Source: Myxococcota bacterium
Lineage (GTDB): Bacteria; Myxococcota_A; SURF-8
NCBI GenBank assembly: GCA_965140415.1
Contig: OZ223209.1
Span: 5,184,001 to 5,248,000 of the forward strand
Length of the DNA: 64,000 bases
Direction: 5' to 3'
Shown here: one piece after another, positions 9,637 to 18,427 of the stretch
How positions within the stretch are numbered: the stretch's first letter is position 1
How the letters are laid out: each line of letters starts with the position of its first letter
The notes under the pieces: model-generated
Seen by the model: only the letters and a program-made list of their open reading frames with translations
What the model was told of the DNA's origin: nothing
The model's database searches: none
Made by a program: the position numbers and the translations under genes

Positions 9637-11709
9637 TTATGCGGAAACGGTGCCCAACAATTGAATCTGTACATCCTGGTCCAGTTCCCGGTGCGAAATG
9701 ACCGCCAGATCGGGAACCACCATTTGGATGAAGTTATGAATCGCTTTACGAATCTCAGGCGAAACCAGCAGCACCGGCTGCACGGCCTGGGCGCTGGAGT
9801 CGCGATATTGCTTTTCGATTTTTCCCAGCACGGAACGAGCCTGCTCGGGCGAGAGCGAGACCTGGATTTCGTCTTCGACGATGCGCTGGGAATTACGGAA
9901 CATGTCTTCCACCTGCTGGTCGAGCATGATGGCATAGAGGTTGCCGTTGGGGTCCAGGTAACGGCTGGTGATGGCCTTACCCAGTCGCTGACGCACGATT
10001 TCGGAAAGAATTTCGGTGTTTTTGGTTTGCGGTGCGGTGTCCGCCAAGGTTTCCAGAATGGTGCGCAGATCGCGTACGGAGACCTGTTCGGCCAGCAGAT
10101 TTTTCATCACTTTAAGCACTTCACCCAACGACAGCAGTCCCGGAATCAGGTCTTCGACCAGCTTGGGATTGGAGCGGGAGAAGATATCCAGCAGTTGTTG
10201 CAGTTCCTGGCGACCCAGTAACTCGTGTGAGTAGTTCTTCAAGACTTCGGAAAGGTGGGTGGCCACGACGGTGGAAATGTCCACGACCGTATAACCGAAC
10301 GCTTCCGCCTTTTCGCGATCCTGTTTGGTGACCCACTTGGCCGGCAGGCCGAACGCCGGTTCCACAGTATCGATACCGGGGATATCCGAATCGACGTCGC
10401 CTGGATTCATGGCCAGGTAATGATCCGGCTTGATGGAACCGGAGGCGATTTCCACGCCTTTAAGTTGAATGACATAGCGTTCCGGGTCGAGTTGCAGGTT
10501 GTCGCGAATGTGAATCGGAGGAATGATCAGGCCCAGCATGGTCACGAATTGGCGACGCAGACCGGTGATGCGGTCCAGCAATTCGCCGCCCTGGCGCTGA
10601 TCCACCAGGTTGATCAGACCGTAGCCGACTTCCATATCCAATAGATCCAGGGGCAGCATCTGTTCGAGTCGCTCGGTTTCACTGACTTGCGGCGGCAGCA
10701 TTTCCGGCGGCATTTCCACTTCCGGTTTTTGCGCCTTTTTCATCTTGTCGTAGGAGTGCTTCGCCGCAAACAGCAATAAACCACCAAGCATCAGGAAGGT
10801 GAAGGTCGGCATGCCCGGCACTAACGAGAACATGCACAGGAAGATGCCGACCATGGCCAGTACGCGCCATTGTTTGAGGATCTGGCGGAAGAGATCGTCG
10901 CCCAGATGGGTGTCCGAAGCGGTGCGGGTCACCAGAATACCGGCGGCGGTCGATGTGATCAGCGACGGGATCTGTGACACTAATCCGTCACCAACCGTCA
11001 AAATCGTGTACGTGGTGGCGGCTTCGGAGATGGGCATGTTCATCTGCACCACACCGATGATGAAACCGGCGATGATATTGATGGCGGTGATCAGCAATCC
11101 GGCGATGGCGTCACCGCGAACGAACTTGCTGGCACCGTCCATTGCGCCGTAGAAATCGGCTTCGGATTCGATCTCTTTACGTCGCTTCTTGGCGTCTTTT
11201 TCCTTGATAATTCCAGCATTTAGATCGGCGTCGATGGACATCTGCTTGCCGGGCATGGAATCGAGCACGAAACGTGCAGCCACTTCGGCAATACGGCCTG
11301 CACCTTTGGTAATGACGATGAAGTTGATGATCACCAGAATCAGAAAGACAATGATTCCAACGACATAATTACCACCGACGACGAACTGGCCGAAGGATTG
11401 AATCACGTGACCGGCAGCGGCGGGACCGTTATGTCCGTTGATCAGAATCAAGCGAGTCGTCGCAATATTCAGCGACAACCGGAACAGGGTCATCACCAGC
11501 AAGATCGAAGGAAATACGGAAAATTGCAGGGGTTTATTGATGTAAACCGTGGTCAACAGAATCAACAGGGACATCGTGATGCTGATGGCCAGGAACAAAT
11601 CCATGGCGGCGGGCGGAACCGGCATGATCATCATCATCAAGATACCGACTACGCCGATGGCGGTCATGATATCGGTTTGTTGACTGATCTGTTTTAAGCG
11701 TTCCAGCAT
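9637..11709 (-). CDS. flhA: Flagellar export gate protein FlhA
   Basis: FHIPEP motifs GRIAEVAARFVLDSMPGKQMSIDADL and FYGAMDGASKFVRGDAIAG; start set at MLERLK (11709) after AAGGAA; the ORF-track extension crosses the promoter. Confidence 0.96.
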   Translation of the reverse strand: MLERLKQISQQTDIMTAIGVVGILMMMIMPVPPAAMDLFLAISITMSLLILLTTVYINKPLQFSVFPSILLVMTLFRLSLNIATTRLILINGHNGPAAAGHVIQSFGQFVVGGNYVVGIIVFLILVIINFIVITKGAGRIAEVAARFVLDSMPGKQMSIDADLNAGIIKEKDAKKRRKEIESEADFYGAMDGASKFVRGDAIAGLLITAINIIAGFIIGVVQMNMPISEAATTYTILTVGDGLVSQIPSLITSTAAGILVTRTASDTHLGDDLFRQILKQWRVLAMVGIFLCMFSLVPGMPTFTFLMLGGLLLFAAKHSYDKMKKAQKPEVEMPPEMLPPQVSETERLEQMLPLDLLDMEVGYGLINLVDQRQGGELLDRITGLRRQFVTMLGLIIPPIHIRDNLQLDPERYVIQLKGVEIASGSIKPDHYLAMNPGDVDSDIPGIDTVEPAFGLPAKWVTKQDREKAEAFGYTVVDISTVVATHLSEVLKNYSHELLGRQELQQLLDIFSRSNPKLVEDLIPGLLSLGEVLKVMKNLLAEQVSVRDLRTILETLADTAPQTKNTEILSEIVRQRLGKAITSRYLDPNGNLYAIMLDQQVEDMFRNSQRIVEDEIQVSLSPEQARSVLGKIEKQYRDSSAQAVQPVLLVSPEIRKAIHNFIQMVVPDLAVISHRELDQDVQIQLLGTVSA

Positions 11710-11747
11710 GGTTTTTTCGTTCCTTTTCTTTCGCTGCCGGTTAGTAA

Positions 11748-11764
11748 AGCAAAACCCGTGCCTA
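11748..11764 (-). promoter_or_regulatory. sigma54 (-24/-12) promoter of flhA
   Basis: Minus strand TAGGCACGGGTTTTGCT = GG-N10-GC, close to the TGGCAC-N5-TTGC consensus, about 40 nt upstream of the ATG. Confidence 0.8.
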
Positions 11765-11930
11765 CTCTTAACCTCGCGAAACTGGGCAAAAATTTCCGAT
11801 CGAGCTGAAGCTTTTGCCTGCCTGGAAATTCGTGCCCGAAGCTTGTTGTGGATTTTGATTTCGGGGTAGTCGTCCGTTGGAGCATGGTCGTGCGTTGGAA
11901 CATGGCTCCCGCCATGTTCCGCATGTTTTG

Positions 11931-12042
11931 GTCGGGTCTCCTGTCCCGACACCTATCCAGGGGTAGTAGGTGTAGTAAAGTAGTAAAGGTCGGATTAAAT
12001 TCTAATCCGACACATATGATTGTCGGATACATTGTATCCGAC
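11931..12042. repeat. Cluster of GTCGG...CCGAC hairpins (REP-like), left of the orphan ORF
   Basis: Inverted repeats at 11931-11950, 11989-12011 and 12022-12042; reiterated GTAG at 11963-11983. Confidence 0.65.
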
Positions 12043-12078
12043 CGGGGCTAAGAATAACATTGGGAGCCGGGAGGTACA

Positions 12079-12372
12079 ATGATCGACTTTTCATTAGGTT
12101 GCTTCAGCGCACTCTTTTTACTGGTTGTTGTATTCATTCTGCTCGTCATGGCCGGACGTAGCTGCTCCTCGGCGATTGATACCACCTGGGATTCGGTTAA
12201 AGACCTGCCCGTCCCGATTTCGATACCGGAAGTCGAAACGGATCTTGACGAAGATTGTGACGGAGAGTGTCTAACGCCGTTTGAGCGTGGCCGCCGTGAT
12301 GCAAGAGAGGGTCGAGGTTGGAACCCTCCAACAATCAAGTTCAAATCCACTCAAAAAAAGAATCCAAACTGA
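12079..12372 (+). CDS. Small single-pass membrane hypothetical protein
   Basis: GGAGG RBS, N-terminal hydrophobic helix, 97 aa. Confidence 0.65.
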   Translation: MIDFSLGCFSALFLLVVVFILLVMAGRSCSSAIDTTWDSVKDLPVPISIPEVETDLDEDCDGECLTPFERGRRDAREGRGWNPPTIKFKSTQKKNPN

Positions 12373-12385
12373 TCGCTTGAATAAA

Positions 12386-12446
12386 GTAGAATGGGTAATT
12401 GTTTTGCCCATTACTCTGAAAAGATGGGCATGGATGCCCATCCTAC
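12386..12446. repeat. Inverted GTAG-REP doublet (REPIN-like)
   Basis: Plus strand GTAG-AATGGGTAA-ttgtt-TTGCCCATT; minus strand GTAG-GATGGGCAT-cc-ATGCCCATC. Confidence 0.7.
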
Positions 12447-12644
12447 TATCTGGCATCTCATCGCCGACAGTTCGCATTCGGACGGGTGGCCGTGACTCGA
12501 ATGAATGAGAAGGACGGGCGGGTGGCCCAGATAAAGTGTGGCACCTGGCCAAGCGGAGTAAAGCGATAGCTTGCCCATGTGACTCTCGAATACGGGCAAA
12601 CCTGCGGTTTAGCCCGCGCCACCCTGAAATCACTAGACTGGTAT

Positions 12645-12710
12645 TAGTCCGACATCGGTTCGTGATTGTCGGTCAGAAAATCTGACCGACCTACAATAAC
12701 TACAATAACT
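12645..12710 (-). repeat. GTAG-REP-like hairpin, right side of the cluster
   Basis: Minus strand GTAG-GTCGGTCAGA-ttt-TCTGACCGAC, preceded by a duplicated TTATTGTAG. Confidence 0.7.
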
Positions 12711-12744
12711 GCTCTCGCCCCCCTGTATTGATCCCTTGCGCAAC

Positions 12745-12852
12745 TGGCACATTTTGTCCCACCTGCACTGACTATCAAAATACACGTGTAATATCATCCA
12801 GTTGCAAAAACCACCCCGATTAACCCACTGCTTTGTGGGACATTTTGTCCCA
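12745..12852. promoter_or_regulatory. Two palindromic upstream activator sites (TGG[C/G]ACAtttTGTCCCA)
   Basis: 12745-12761 and 12836-12852; the second is a perfect 7-3-7 palindrome; both upstream of a sigma54 promoter. Confidence 0.7.
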
Positions 12853-12915
12853 GTCTGCTGAATCCTGATCCGCCAAAAACCAACTTATTATGTGTAAATA
12901 CATATGGTTACACAT

Positions 12916-12932
12916 CTGGCCCGGTGATTGCT
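12916..12932 (+). promoter_or_regulatory. sigma54 promoter of the two-component/SLC13 operon
   Basis: CTGGCCCGGTGATTGCT = GG-N10-GC, about 40 nt upstream of the ATG at 12973. Confidence 0.8.
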
Positions 12933-12972
12933 TTAGCCCAATGGAGGAACGTGGCAAAGGAGTCAACCGACC

Positions 12973-14685
12973 ATGGAACAAAACGGATCACAAATTTCGC
13001 ATCGCGCCGCCATCGCCCGCGCCTTCAAGCCGACGGACATCTCCTTGAAGCAGCTTCGAAACACCATTTTATTACGATTGCTGCTGGTGGCGCTGATTCC
13101 GCTGCTCATTCTTTCCATTTACTTTCACTACCAGTTCAAATCCACATTGGAGCAGCGCAGCAAGCTGCAACTGGAAACCCTGGCTTCCAGCCATCGCCAG
13201 AGCGTGGATCGCTTTATCCATAACAAGATTTCCGCCCTGCGAGGCATTGTAGACTCCAGCCTGATCAACCTGCCACCCAACAAAACGGAAGTCGAGAAAC
13301 TACATAAAGTACTGAAATCACTGGACGACACCATTTTAGACGTCGGCGTCTTCGATGCGACGGGACACCATGTCGCCTATTCCGGTCCATATGAGTTTCT
13401 GGAAGGAAAAAACTACCACAACGAAACCTGGTTCAAAGTTCTGATCGATACCGACAGCCTCTTTTTCATCAGCGATGTTTACCTGGGCTACCGTGATCAA
13501 CCTCATTTCGTTATCGCAGTCAAAGCCAATAAAGACAAAGAAACCTGGGTGTTACGGTTAACGGTCAACTTGCAGAAATTCCAACAGTTTGTCGATGACA
13601 TCGGCCAGATCGAAAAGGCCCACGCCTTTATCGTCAATAACGATGGCATCTGCCAGGTCGTACCAACCAACGTCGGCCAGACGCTGCAAAAGTCTCCGAT
13701 GTGGCCGGCGCTGAAAAAGATCGGCGGCGGCTTATACGAAACCGAAGTCGGAGACGAAAATTATCTGGCGGCCACGCAAAGCCTGACCAAGGTAGACTGG
13801 ACCCTGGTCGTCATCCAGCCGACCTCCGCCGCCTATGCACCCATTGCACAGGCGCGTGTGATTATGGCGTTCATTATTCTGCTGGGTGTCATCATCACGA
13901 TTGTCACGGCGCTACTGGCCACATCCACCTTGATGCGTCAATATGCCCGTTCCGAAGCCAACCGCGCCGAGTTGATCAGCCAACTCGTGCAGGCCGGGAA
14001 AATGGGCACCATGGGAGAAATGGCGGCGGGCGTAGCCCACGAAATCAATAATCCACTCGCGATCATCCTTTCGGAAATCGGCGTGATGGAAGATCTGCTG
14101 GACCCGCGTCTGGGTGGCACTTTCGACGCCGATGATTTCCGGCAACGCCTCAATTCGATCCGCGAAGAATCCAACCGATGCAGAAGCATCATTCATAAAC
14201 TGCTCGGCTTCGCCCGCCGCAACAAACCCAAGATCTCCGACTGCAACGTCGCAGACATCATCCACCAGACCGTCGATATGGTGCAGCGAGAATTGATGCT
14301 GGAGAACATCAACATCCGAACGGACGTAGACGAGAGCATCCCGCTGATTCACACCGACGACGATCAATTGAAGCAGGTGCTGATCAACCTGATCCGCAAC
14401 GCCACCGACGCCATCGGTAAAGGCGGCACCATCACGGTCAGTGCCATGGATATGATTGACAAGGTGAGCCTGGTAGTTTCCGATACCGGCAGCGGTATCT
14501 CGCCCGAACACATCGAACAGATCTTCATGCCCTTTTTCACCACCAAGGAAGTCGGCAAAGGCACCGGCCTGGGGCTTTCCATCACACACGGCATCGTCAC
14601 CGCACTGGGCGGAAGCATCAACGTGACAAGCGAACCCGGACACGGCACGGCGTTTGAAATCATTATTCCTAAAACACATAGTTGA
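12973..14685 (+). CDS. Sensor histidine kinase with periplasmic Cache-like domain
   Basis: Two TM helices; H-box AAGVAHEINNPL; N, G1 and G2 boxes (PFFTTKEVGKGTGLGLS). Confidence 0.95.
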   Translation: MEQNGSQISHRAAIARAFKPTDISLKQLRNTILLRLLLVALIPLLILSIYFHYQFKSTLEQRSKLQLETLASSHRQSVDRFIHNKISALRGIVDSSLINLPPNKTEVEKLHKVLKSLDDTILDVGVFDATGHHVAYSGPYEFLEGKNYHNETWFKVLIDTDSLFFISDVYLGYRDQPHFVIAVKANKDKETWVLRLTVNLQKFQQFVDDIGQIEKAHAFIVNNDGICQVVPTNVGQTLQKSPMWPALKKIGGGLYETEVGDENYLAATQSLTKVDWTLVVIQPTSAAYAPIAQARVIMAFIILLGVIITIVTALLATSTLMRQYARSEANRAELISQLVQAGKMGTMGEMAAGVAHEINNPLAIILSEIGVMEDLLDPRLGGTFDADDFRQRLNSIREESNRCRSIIHKLLGFARRNKPKISDCNVADIIHQTVDMVQRELMLENINIRTDVDESIPLIHTDDDQLKQVLINLIRNATDAIGKGGTITVSAMDMIDKVSLVVSDTGSGISPEHIEQIFMPFFTTKEVGKGTGLGLSITHGIVTALGGSINVTSEPGHGTAFEIIIPKTHS

Positions 14686-14697
14686 ACAGGATTTCAC

Positions 14698-16719
14698 ATG
14701 GCAGCCAATCACAAAGACATCTTGATCGTAGACGATGAAGTCAAATGGACGGAGAACCTGGCGCAACGGCTACAGCTTCGCGGCATGAGCGTACATACGG
14801 TCAATCGCGGAGAAGAAGCCATCCGGCAGGTGCGGCTGTATGAGTACGATGTGGTGCTGCTCGATTTGAAAATGCCCGGCATGAGTGGCGAAGAGGTGCT
14901 TAAAGAAATCAAGCAGCTTCAACCCACCTGCCAGGTGATCGTGCTGACGGGCCACGCGACGTATCAATCCGCCACGGAAATCGGACGGCTGGACGCCTAC
15001 GCCTTCCACGAAAAAACCCTGGAGTTCGAGGAACTGCTCGCCGAGATCGAAATGGCCAAGCGGGATCGCATCAACCTGCTGACCCGTCACGACATCATTC
15101 CCGATCCGGAGCCGAGCCTCTGGCGAAAGATGTTGGGCGTCACCAACTATCGACCTCTTTTCATCCTAATCGGATTTCTATTATTCGGATTGATTCTGAT
15201 CATGCCAACGCCCGATTCGATGCGGGAGATGGTTTCAACGCCGAAATCCGGCGATATCAACGACGCCATCGGAGGCTACGCCTCCTACCGGGACATGGCC
15301 GTCGGCATGACGATCAAGGACTACTACGGTAAAAGCGCCAAGCTGGATAAAGACAAGCCGATGAGCACGGAAACGGCGGCCTTCAAAATCAAGATCATGA
15401 TCGGTCTGCTGGTCATCGCCGCATTTTTCTGGGGCACTGGCGCAATCCCCATCGGCTTTACCGCTATTTTGATAGCCGTGGTGCTGTACTGGTTTCAGAT
15501 CATGCCGCCGGAACTCGTTGCCAAGAGCTTTTTAAAGGACTCCGTACTCTTTATTTTCGGTGTGCTGGCGATGTCGGTCGGCATTGCAAAAACGGGCCTG
15601 GACCGGCGCATCGGTGTGCTACTGCTTGGCTTAAGCAGCAATATCCGGCGCTTCCTGTTTATTTTCGTACCGCTCTTTTCGGTTACCGCCTCCTTTATTT
15701 CCGAGCACGCGCTGGTCGCCTTTATCACGCCCATCATGCTGGTGGTCTATATGGCAACCATTAAAACCGCCGGGCTGAAGGAAGATAAAAATCTGGCGCT
15801 GCTACTGCTGTTGATCGTCACCTGGGCGGGTAACATCGGCGGTCCCGGCTCTCCCAGCGCGGGAGGACGTAACGCCATCATGCTCGGTATCCTGAAGGAT
15901 TACGGTGTTGCGCCCTCCTATGGCGAGTGGGTCACCTACGGTTTGCCCTTCGTTCCGGTCATGGCGCTGGTCATCGGCCTGTATTTCTATCTGGTCATTG
16001 CCCGCAAGGTCAAAGTCAAGGACGTCAACATCTCGAAAATCGTCAAAGCCGAATCCAAACGGCTGGGACCGATGGTGCGCAAGGAATACCAGATGGCGGC
16101 GGTGTTGGGTATCGTAATCCTGGGCTGGATTACGCTGTCGAGCACCTTCGGCATGGCCGGACCCGTACTATTGGGACTGCTGTTGATGTCGTTGATGCGC
16201 CTGGTTCGCTGGAAAGACATCACGCGCATCAACTGGGAGGTCGTTGCACTCTATGCCGCAGCCACCGCGCTGGGTAAGGGGCTGGCCGTCACCGGAGCGG
16301 CGCTGTACATCGCCAAAGGTTTCCTTGCGATTCTTCCCGAGTCGATGAGTTCCGGTTCCGGCCTGGCCGTAGCGGCCAGTGTCATGACCGGTGTATTGAC
16401 CAATCTGATGAGCGACGGCGCCACCGTTTCGGCGGTCGGTCCCATTACGGTTCCGATGGCGGTATTGTCCAACACGCATCCCTGGATGATCGGTCTGGCG
16501 ACCGCGTTTGCGTCTTCCTTCGCACACATTCTGATCATCGGAACGCCCAATAACGCGATCGTCTATGCCCTTGCGGAAAATCCCGAAACGGGCGAGCGAC
16601 TGATTACGCTTGGAGATTTCGCCAAACACGGACTGGCGATTTTCCTTCTTTCGCTACTCGTGCTTTGGATCTGGATTATCGGCATTTACTGGAATTGGCT
16701 GGGATTCCCTGCCACCTAA
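14698..16719 (+). CDS. Fusion of a response-regulator receiver domain and an SLC13/DASS-family anion transporter
   Basis: N-terminal ILIVDDE...LLDLKMPGMSG...LTGH; then a polytopic DASS domain (GLDRRIG, GGPGSPSAGGRNAI, INWEVV, GTPNNAIVY). Confidence 0.88.
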   Translation: MAANHKDILIVDDEVKWTENLAQRLQLRGMSVHTVNRGEEAIRQVRLYEYDVVLLDLKMPGMSGEEVLKEIKQLQPTCQVIVLTGHATYQSATEIGRLDAYAFHEKTLEFEELLAEIEMAKRDRINLLTRHDIIPDPEPSLWRKMLGVTNYRPLFILIGFLLFGLILIMPTPDSMREMVSTPKSGDINDAIGGYASYRDMAVGMTIKDYYGKSAKLDKDKPMSTETAAFKIKIMIGLLVIAAFFWGTGAIPIGFTAILIAVVLYWFQIMPPELVAKSFLKDSVLFIFGVLAMSVGIAKTGLDRRIGVLLLGLSSNIRRFLFIFVPLFSVTASFISEHALVAFITPIMLVVYMATIKTAGLKEDKNLALLLLLIVTWAGNIGGPGSPSAGGRNAIMLGILKDYGVAPSYGEWVTYGLPFVPVMALVIGLYFYLVIARKVKVKDVNISKIVKAESKRLGPMVRKEYQMAAVLGIVILGWITLSSTFGMAGPVLLGLLLMSLMRLVRWKDITRINWEVVALYAAATALGKGLAVTGAALYIAKGFLAILPESMSSGSGLAVAASVMTGVLTNLMSDGATVSAVGPITVPMAVLSNTHPWMIGLATAFASSFAHILIIGTPNNAIVYALAENPETGERLITLGDFAKHGLAIFLLSLLVLWIWIIGIYWNWLGFPAT

Positions 16720-16756
16720 TGGCTCACAAACGGGCCTCTTTCGACAGGAGATCGAT

Positions 16757-17242
16757 ATGGAAAACAAAATCCGCTTGCTGTTCGTAGATGACGAAGAGAA
16801 ATTCTTGAACAACATGTCCACCCGGCTGAGATTGCGCGACATCGAAGTCAGCGCGTACACCAGCGGCGCGGAAGCGCTGGCCGATCTGAAAGACGGCAAA
16901 CACTTCGACGTAGCCCTGCTGGATCTGAAAATGCCGGGCATGGACGGAGAAGAACTGCTCAACCACATCAAGCAGCACGATCCTACAATGGAAGTGGTCA
17001 TCCTGACCGGGCATGGTTCGATCCAGTCCGCTACCAGCCTGACTCGCTCCGGCGCTTATGAATACCTGCTGAAACCCTGCGAACTCGACGCCGTGATCGG
17101 TGCGCTTTCAAGCGCCTATTCCAAACGTCTGCGAGCGAAGGGAGAACAGCACGCAAAGAAAGTGGAGGAGGTCATGAGCCGGGCGCTGGGAATGAGCCCC
17201 ATGGAGATTCTGACGGAACTGAGAAACATTCAGGAAGATTGA
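16757..17242 (+). CDS. Response regulator (receiver plus short C-terminal helix)
   Basis: LLFVDDE...LLDLKMPGMDG...LTGHGS...YLLKP; start at MENKIR after AGGAG. Confidence 0.92.
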   Translation: MENKIRLLFVDDEEKFLNNMSTRLRLRDIEVSAYTSGAEALADLKDGKHFDVALLDLKMPGMDGEELLNHIKQHDPTMEVVILTGHGSIQSATSLTRSGAYEYLLKPCELDAVIGALSSAYSKRLRAKGEQHAKKVEEVMSRALGMSPMEILTELRNIQED

Positions 17243-17323
17243 TTTCCCGTTTCCTTCTCTTCCAGCAACGCGGGCATTGCTTTACACCCGCTTCGACACC
17301 GCAACCAATGAGAAGTGGAATTC

Positions 17324-18427
17324 ATGTCGCAAAATGCGTACAATAGGTTCGAGTCGGGCGATGCTTCCAGAATTCGGGAACTGGCTCCGCTGCCATTGGC
17401 GGCTTTCGTTCTGACGGTGCTTGTAATTGCAGCGGTTGGCATCCTATGCGAGCATTGGGTGGCGGCGGTCATCGCCGGAGCAGGCATGGTGCTGTTATCG
17501 ACAATCGGCCTGATCGACAAGCGTCGCATGGCATTAAGATACCGCTCCGGGATTCGCGAGATTTCAAGTGCCTGGATCAAAGCGCTGACCGCCGAATCCG
17601 GAGATTTGCAACTTAACAAACGGCTACAACGGGACAAGGAGTTTGCCGTTTTGATCGCAGCCATTTCCAACAGTTTGAATTCGACTTCGACGCAGGCTAT
17701 GCCACCGCTGCAAAGCAGCTCCTTTTCCGACATCACGGAAGTAGCCGCCGGGCTGGCGCACGAGATCGGAACACCGCTGAACGTGGTGCGCGTCAATGCC
17801 CAGTACCTCGCACGCAATTTCGAGCAGGACAGCCGGGAGAAACGCCACCTGGATAAGATCGTGCAACAAACGGATCGTATTGCGGATCTGATTCGGGAAT
17901 TATTGGAAGTGGCAGGAGAGGAATTTGTCAGTCGCGGCGAGTTCGACTTTCAACCCCTGCTGCATGCCTGTCTGCGCCGTATCGAAGAAGCCTACCCGGA
18001 ACTGGAATGGGTAAAGGAAATCGAAGAGGGCGACATGCCGATCCATGGCTCAGCGCGCCGCATGAACAGCGCCATTATGAACGTGTTGCAAAATGCATGT
18101 CAGGAAATGAACGGCCACGGCGTACTGGGCATACGGTTGCACCGGCTTCGCTATCGCGGAAGCGAGCACCTGCGCCTGCTGATTGCAGATACCGGCGGTG
18201 GTATTTCCAATGAGATTTCCAACAAGATCTTTCAACCCTTTTTCACCACCAAGTCATCCGGCGAAGGTACGGGACTGGGGCTGGCCCTGGTCAACCGGGT
18301 GATTCGACAACATCACGGAACGATTCACGTGCATTCGAGCAGCGGTCAGGGAGCCGTTTTCGAAATTCTGCTGCCATGTGCACCTACCGAACTTTCCGAA
18401 ACCGTAGAGGAGCAGCATGCCGGATAG
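17324..18427 (+). CDS. Membrane histidine kinase
   Basis: Two TM helices; AAGLAHEIGTPL; QPFFTTKSSGEGTGLGL. Confidence 0.9.
   Translation: MSQNAYNRFESGDASRIRELAPLPLAAFVLTVLVIAAVGILCEHWVAAVIAGAGMVLLSTIGLIDKRRMALRYRSGIREISSAWIKALTAESGDLQLNKRLQRDKEFAVLIAAISNSLNSTSTQAMPPLQSSSFSDITEVAAGLAHEIGTPLNVVRVNAQYLARNFEQDSREKRHLDKIVQQTDRIADLIRELLEVAGEEFVSRGEFDFQPLLHACLRRIEEAYPELEWVKEIEEGDMPIHGSARRMNSAIMNVLQNACQEMNGHGVLGIRLHRLRYRGSEHLRLLIADTGGGISNEISNKIFQPFFTTKSSGEGTGLGLALVNRVIRQHHGTIHVHSSSGQGAVFEILLPCAPTELSETVEEQHAG

Noticed and set aside
11710-11952. 80-aa N-terminal extension of FlhA in the ORF track
   Set aside because: It spans the sigma54 promoter and hairpins; FlhA-like sequence and the RBS begin at 11709
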